A stretch of 40,233 bases of DNA from contig NW_025215286.1 in the NCBI RefSeq assembly GCF_004010195.1, positions 11,924 through 52,156 of the forward strand. The letters run 5' to 3'. The number at the start of each line of letters is the position of its first letter. Position 1 is the stretch's first letter. This DNA is from Chiloscyllium plagiosum. Its lineage: Eukaryota. Below the pieces are notes generated by a model. It was not told where the DNA came from, made no database searches, and was given only the letters and a program-made list of their open reading frames with translations. Of this stretch, positions 33,831-40,233 are shown one piece after another. Position numbers and translations under genes: made by a program.

Positions 33831-35329
33831 ATCTCATTTCATTTTGGCAATCACCGAAGAACACAAACTGAATATTTTCATCAGTTAATCTTGCCTCTAA
33901 TAAGGTTGGCATGAAAGTAACTGTTTAGTTTCTCTGTAATTTCCAAGTTCTCTGCAAAAAACTATCGTGTGTGGATATTCTCCATTCCACACGTGTCCTT
34001 GCATTTACTTTCCCATCAAGTATCGAGAGAAGCATTTGGTCATCTTAATGTTTCTTTTTAGTTTGCATTCTTTTTTTTTATTATTTCCTTATCAGTTCAT
34101 TGGTCCTCAAATGTCTCTGAATCCATGGCTTACAACAATATCTGACAATTTTCCGAGCTGCTTCCTTTGATCTAATGCAATCTTTAACTTATTTTGTTAA
34201 CTATTGTTAAGTCACCTTACCCCTTTCCTGTTTGAACTGTGGTGGACATGTGTATATTGTACATTTTTAGGTGTTTATTTAAACAACAACCATTGCTTGT
34301 CTTCCAGTAAATCTTTTTCATGTACTTCTCCAATTCACTAAATCTAATTTTAGCCTCATACTTTCGTGAATCACATACTCAGGTTTATAACCACAGTTTC
34401 AAAAATAACTGGTTTGCTTTCAGACATCATTTAAAATGCAATATATTATAAATACTATTCCCGAAACCTCCTTTTCAGCAGGGTTTTAAATTAGCTCTTC
34501 TGATCACATGATATCCTTTTCAAAACAGCCTCACCTCTACCTCAGTTCTCAACATACTGTTAAACGAAACCATCTCAAATACGCTAATGAAATTCATTTT
34601 CCCAGCATTATTATTCAAGTGGGTTACCACAGTTTAGATGTAGCTTGAAACTGTTCATTATTACTGCGGTACCCACAAACCTAGATATCTAATTTCCTGT
34701 TTTATATCATACCCAACATTTGTCTTGACACTTTCACTTTGACATATGACTTCCATCAATCTTTGCTTCTCCTTGTTGGTTTTCAGCTTCAACTTATTAG
34801 ATTCTGTGGAATCTGAGCTATGTGGCCTCTTGGAAGATTAATGGTAGATTCAGGTGAGATATTTCGTGAAGCCTATTTGGACGTTGAGATAGTCTCGTCA
34901 CGTCATTCATTCTTCTCAAGTGTTATTGTGACATTTTCACCAGATCTCCGTTATGCTGGTGGAGTAGAGAAGGACAATGATCTTTCAACAATGCTATGCA
35001 TTCCCGCAGACAGCTGAGCGTGCTCTAACCTGACTGGGAACCTAGCAGCAGACTGGTAAAGAGTTGCTGATGTTGTACAGGATCATAATCAGATCACATC
35101 TTGAGTAGTGTCCACAGATTTAGCCTCCTCACTGAAGAAAGGATATTGCTATATTGGAAGCAGATCAGAAATGGTTCCTTCAACTGATTCCTGCAATGAA
35201 GCGAACTAACTTACAAGGAAAGGATTATCAGGTTGATCCAATACGCATCAGAGTTTACAAGAATGAAAAGTGACCTTATTTTTACATAGAACACCGTAAA
35301 GAGTCAGCAGCACAAGCCACTTACAGAGC

Positions 35330-36010
35330 CAATTCCGTTTCTCCAACCTGCAACACAGGAACAGCAGAAGGGTATTCAGGACTTAGATCCTGTTACACTA
35401 GAACAGGACAAGGTTATTCAGCCCCTGAATCCTGATACACAGTCAGGAGGCTGCACGCAGAGTAGGCCATGAGGCACCAGTATCCTGTTATGCAGCAACA
35501 GGATCAGTCCATTTAACCTCCTCAATTCGCTAACACAGGAACTGAAAGAGATTGGTACACTAGAATAACAGGAGGCCATTCAGCACGAGAATCAAAGAAG
35601 GAGATCAAATTATTTGGGACTTGTTACGGAAAGGTGGAGGTAATTCACCCATGTGTCTGTTGTATGGGAACAGAAGAAGACAAATCACTCATCTGATCCC
35701 ATTTCAGGGATGCAGGAGGTGATTGTTCAGTATCTCGAACCAGTTGTGAAGTAATATGAAGAGACCTTTCAGCCCCTCAAAAAGTCGCACAGCAACAGCA
35801 AAATTCCACAATCCTTCAGGCTTCTGACACATTATCAGTAAGAGGAGAAGCAGATTTTGAATCTGTAAATCAGAACAATCTGGCATCAAGACTATAATGT
35901 AGGAATACCATGGGGTCATTCAGCCCGATGAACTGAGCGAATCCATTCAGACACTCATGCCTATTACACAGCAATTGGAACAGATCTTTTAAAGATTTGT
36001 ACCTGTTACA
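35330..36010 (+). repeat. Highly decayed ~42-bp minisatellite
   Basis: Adjacent 42-bp units acaggaacagcagaagggtattcaggacttagatcctgttac and actagaacaggacaaggttattcagcccctgaatcctgatac. A homologous shorter array lies at ~5180-5400. Confidence 0.7.
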
Positions 36011-36079
36011 GAGGTACACGGGAAAGGGAACGTAGAGGGTATGGAAAAGTTAGGAATTAGGATAATCATCTTCACTTGT

Positions 36080-37625
36080 CAATAAAAGGTTGTGAGCAAA
36101 CTGTTGGGAATTAAGGGAAATTGTGAGATTCCATTATTAATTAATTAACAACAGCGGATTTGCAAAGTAAAACCTGAATACATCAGAATCTGCATTTTTA
36201 AGCATTTGTTTGTTCGAATTCTTTAAAGATGTGACATTCAAAGTTAGACAATAGGTATCCTGGAGGAGTAAAGTACCTGGAATTTCAAAAGGCATTGATT
36301 AAACGCTGCACAAAATATTTAGCTGTAAAATAAGAGGTCATGGGTTTGGGAGGAGGTTATTCGCATGGATAGTGGGCTGGTGAGCCAACAAAATGCAGAG
36401 AGATAGAATAGTTGTTTTGTTAGTGGTTGGCAACTTTTGAGGTTCCATAGAGTTCAGTCCACATGACCTGACAATTTACCATTCACAGCCACATTTTCAG
36501 CTGACACTAAAACAAGTGGAAAAGTAGGTTGATGTAATGAAGATGTAAAACAGTTACAAATGGGCATGTACAGTTTAGACGAATGTGCCAACATCTGGAA
36601 GCAAAAGCCTAACGAATATATTCCCCAGAGGAATTCAACATATTATGGAAATGGACAGCAACTTCAGAGTGCTTACTTGCAGAGGCATCTAGGTGTCCTT
36701 GTGCAGACCACAGAAAACTCACATGCAGGTACAGCAGGGAATTGGAAAAGCAAGTGCATTTTCAGCATTTACTTATAAAAGTATAGAGGAAAAATAAAGG
36801 GAAGAACTACTGCAACTCTGCAAGATATTAGTGAGACGGTAACTGACGTTACTGTGTTCAGATTTGTTGTCCTAACTGCAGGAGTGATGTTGTTTCAACG
36901 AAGGCAATTCAGAACACGTTCATTAGATTGATTCCATAGATGAATTTGTCTTTTGACAAGTTCGAGCAGTTCAGGCCGATGCACTCTAGGGTTAGAACAA
37001 TGAGTGGAGACTCCATTGAGGCCTGAAGAATGTTAAAGGTGATTGACAATGTCGGTATGGAGTGGATATTTCCTCATCTGGGGCAAACTAGAACAGGAGA
37101 TCATGGTTTTAAGATTAGGCAGAGCATATTTAAAACAGGGGTGAGGAGAACTTACTTCTCTCAAAGGATTGTGAATCTGTGTAGTTCACTATCCCAGTGT
37201 GCAGGGGATGCTGGGATGTTGAGTAAATGAAGGGATATGGAGAGCAGGCAGGGAAATGAAAATGAGCCAGCGATGACATCAGTCATGATCGTATTCAATG
37301 GCGGAACAGGCTTGAGGGGCTGGATAGTTCCTTTTTCTTATTCAGGCCTTCGACTGTGCTCCACAGGAACGGGGGAGGACTGGTTATCTATCAGGAAGCA
37401 GGCACTCCGGATAAATCAGTCTTAATCAGTTTGACAGAACGTAACCAGTGGAGTCACACAGTGACCAGTGCTGAGTCCTCAACTGTTTTCAATCGATATC
37501 AGTGATCAGGATGATAGAACAGATGTACTGCTACTAAGTTTGGTGATGACACTCAGGTAAGCAAGAAATTAAATTATCAAGAGAATGTGGAGAGTCTGCG
37601 AATTGATATGGACAGGTAAAGTCAA
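36080..37625 (+). mobile_element. Old CR1 fragments (RT to 3' end at ~37340, then a second RT fragment)
   Basis: YLEFQKA, QRHLGVLV and RRTYFSQRIVNL motifs, then VTSGV and TKFGDDT (actaagtttggtgatgacact). Confidence 0.8.
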
Positions 37626-38483
37626 TGAATAATACTTTCCCAAGTGGAATATAACGGAATGTATAACCTGCCAGCTTTTTCAGTAAGAATGGAAGGCAGT
37701 ATGTTCCTGAAATGGAGAGGGATTACCCAACCTAGAGACACAGTGCGTTCTGGAAGGTTTACCCTAACCCATTCAGACTTGGGAAGTGTTGCTCCATCTC
37801 CNNNNNNNNNNNNNNNNNNNNNNNNNNNNNNNNNNNNNNNNNNNNNNNNNNNNNNNNNNNNNNNNNNNNNNNNNNNNNNNNNNNNNNNNNNNNNNNNNNN
37901 NNNNNNNNNNNNNNNNNNNNNNNNNNNNNNNNNNNNNNNNNNNNNNNNNNNNNNNNNNNNNNNNNNNNNNNNNNNNNNNNNNNNNNNNNNNNNNNNNNNN
38001 NNNNNNNNNNNNNNNNNNNNNNNNNNNNNNNNNNNNNNNNNNNNNNNNNNNNNNNNNNNNNNNNNNNNNNNNNNNNNNNNNNNNNNNNNNNNNNNNNNNN
38101 NNNNNNNNNNNNNNNNNNNNNNNNNNNNNNNNNNNNNNNNNNNNNNNNNNNNNNNNNNNNNNNNNNNNNNNNNNNNNNNNNNNNNNNNNNNNNNNNNNNN
38201 NNNNNNNNNNNNNNNNNNNNNNNNNNNNNNNNNNNNNNNNNNNNNNNNNNNNNNNNNNNNNNNNNNNNNNNNNNNNNNNNNNNNNNNNNNNNNNNNNNNN
38301 NNNNNNNNNNNNNNNNNNNNNNNNNNNNNNNNNNNNNNNNNNNNNNNNNNNNNNNNNNNNTCCCACTCTGCCGAGGACATGGAGGTCCTGGGCCTCCTTC
38401 ACCGCCGCTATCTGCTGAAAGAGAAAACATTCACCTCATCCACAATATATATCCTCCGTCACCAAATGGTGGCATTGATTTTG

Positions 38484-38605
38484 AGATTAGATTACTTACA
38501 GTGTGGAAACAGGCCCTTCAGCCCAACAAGTCCACACCAACCCGCTGAAGAGCAACCCACCCAGACCCAGTCCCCTACAGTTACCCCATCACTTAACACT
38601 GTGGG
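38484..38605 (-). mobile_element. HE1-like SINE 3' fragment
   Basis: agattagattacttacagtgtggaaacaggcccttcagcccaacaagtccacacc tail. Confidence 0.8.
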
Positions 38606-38609
38606 CATT

Positions 38610-40233
38610 ATAGAACAGAGATAGAACATAGAACATAGAACAGTACACAACGGAACAGGCCCTTCAGCCCACAATGTTGTGCCGAGCACTGATCCTCATG
38701 TATGCACACTCAAATTTCTGTGACCGTATGCATGTCTCTTAAATGTTCCCAATGACCCTGCCTCCACAACTGCTGCTGGCAATGCATTCCATGCTCTCAC
38801 AATTCTTGTGTAAAGAACATGCCTCTGACATCCCCTGTATACTTTCCTCCAACCAGCTTAAAACTATGACCCCTCGTGTTAGTCATGTCGGCCCTGGGAA
38901 ATAATCTCTGGCTATCGACTCTATCTATGCCTCTCATTATCTTGAATACCTCAATTAGGTCCCCTCTTCTCCTCCTTTTCTCCAATGAAAAAAGTCCGAG
39001 CTCAGTCAACCTCTCTTCATAAGATAAGCCCTCCAGTCCAGGCAGCATCCTGGTAAACCTCCTCTGAACACTCTCCAAAGCATCCAGTTTTATAGAGCTG
39101 CAACAGGATCTCATGACTCTTAAACTCAATACCCCTGTTAATGAAACACCATGTGCTTTCTTAACAACCCTTGGTTGGCCATTTTAAGAGATCTATGTAC
39201 CTGCAACCCAAGATCTTTCTGTTCCTCCACACTGCCAAGAATCCTATCCTTATTCCTGTACTCAGCTTTCAAATTCGACCTTCCAAAATGCATCACCTCG
39301 CATTTATCCAGGTTGAACTTCATCTACCACCTCTCAGCCCATCTCTGCATCCTGTCAATGTCCCGCTGCAGACTACAACAGCCCTCTATACTGTCAACGA
39401 CACCTCCAACCTTTGTGTCATCTGCAAACTTGCTGACCCATCCGTCAATCCCCTCATCCAAGTCATTAAAAGAAATTACAAAGAATAGAGGCCAAAGGAT
39501 AGAGCCCGATGGAACACCACTCACCACAGACTTCCAGGCAGAATATTTTTCGTCTATTACCACTCGCTGTCTTCTGTTGGCCAGCCAATTCTGCATCCAG
39601 ACATCTATGTTCCCCTGAATCCCGTTCCTCCTGACCTTCAGAATGAGCCTACCATGGGGAACGTTATCAAATGCCTTGCTGAAGTCCATATACACCACAT
39701 CCACAGCTCGACCTCCATCAACCTTTCTAGTCACATCCTCAAAGAACTCGATAAGGTTTGTGAGGCATGACCTGCCCCTCACAAAGCCGTGTTGACTGCA
39801 TTTAACCAAACCATGCTCTTCCAGATGGTCATAAATCCTATCCCTCAGAATCCTTTCTAACACCTTGCAGACGACAGACGTGAGACTTACGGGTCTGTCA
39901 TTGCCGGGGATTTCCCTATCTCCTTTCTTGAAGAGAGGAATTACATTTGCCTCTCTCCAGTCGTCAGGTACGACTCCAGTGGAGAGCGAGGATGCAAAGA
40001 TCTTCGCAAGTGGCGAAGCAAGGGCATTTCTCGTTTCTCAAAGCAGCCGAGAACAAATCTGGTCCGGGCCTGGCGACTTGTCAATCTTAATGTTTGACAG
40101 AATTGTCAGCACATTAGCTTCTTCTATCCCTATCCATTTCTGCATGCACACCTGCTTTTCAAAGGTTTCATTCACTACAAAGTTCGTTTCTTTCATAAAG
40201 ACAGAAGCAAAAAAACTCATTTAGGACTTCCCC
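38610..40233 (-). mobile_element. Relatively young CR1 LINE (RT domain and 3' end), running off the right edge; inactive
   Basis: KSPGPDQI..SQHGFVRGRSCLTNLIEFFE..VYMDFSKAFD..SGVPSGSILWPLFF..SKFADDTK. In-frame stop at 39324-39326, an internal deletion near 39085, and a (TTCTATG)n tail at ~38621-38641. Confidence 0.97.

Noticed and set aside
37622..38624. Longest ORFs in the track (209-326 aa)
   Set aside because: Artefacts of reading through the N gap.
39324..39863. Intact-looking reverse transcriptase as an active or domesticated gene
   Set aside because: It has an in-frame stop, altered motifs (PSGSILWP for PQGSVLGP) and a downstream deletion; it is an ordinary dead CR1 copy.

Overview
Eukaryotic, repeat-dense vertebrate DNA with three assembly gaps (3202-3289, 22253-22385, 37802-38360). 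HE1-type V-SINEs, Deu-type SINEs, CR1-clade LINEs and Penelope-like elements (PLEs) point to a cartilaginous fish, probably a shark (inference). I found only one host-gene segment: the first coding exon (minus strand, 8391-8610) of a GPR139/GPR142-like class A GPCR. It has 42-bp N-terminal tandem repeats and a CTG|GTAAGT donor; its 7TM second exon is not visible in the window. A perfect 25-bp tandem duplication that includes the start codon puts the upstream ATGs out of frame. The rest is mostly decayed and often nested mobile DNA: CR1 LINEs, PLEs with inverted ends and minimal hammerhead-ribozyme motifs, a solo LTR with a 4-bp TSD, a Tigger-like MITE with a TA TSD, SINEs, and mini- and microsatellites. 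An old direct segmental duplication links ~940-5780 with ~28780-36390. Nearly all ORFs in the supplied track are TE fragments, microsatellite read-through or gap artefacts. Repeat family names come from pattern recognition, not a database search, and boundaries of old fragments are approximate. I do not see a demonstrably new biological system; the best leads are the GPCR start-codon duplication and the ribozyme-bearing mini-Penelope hairpins.
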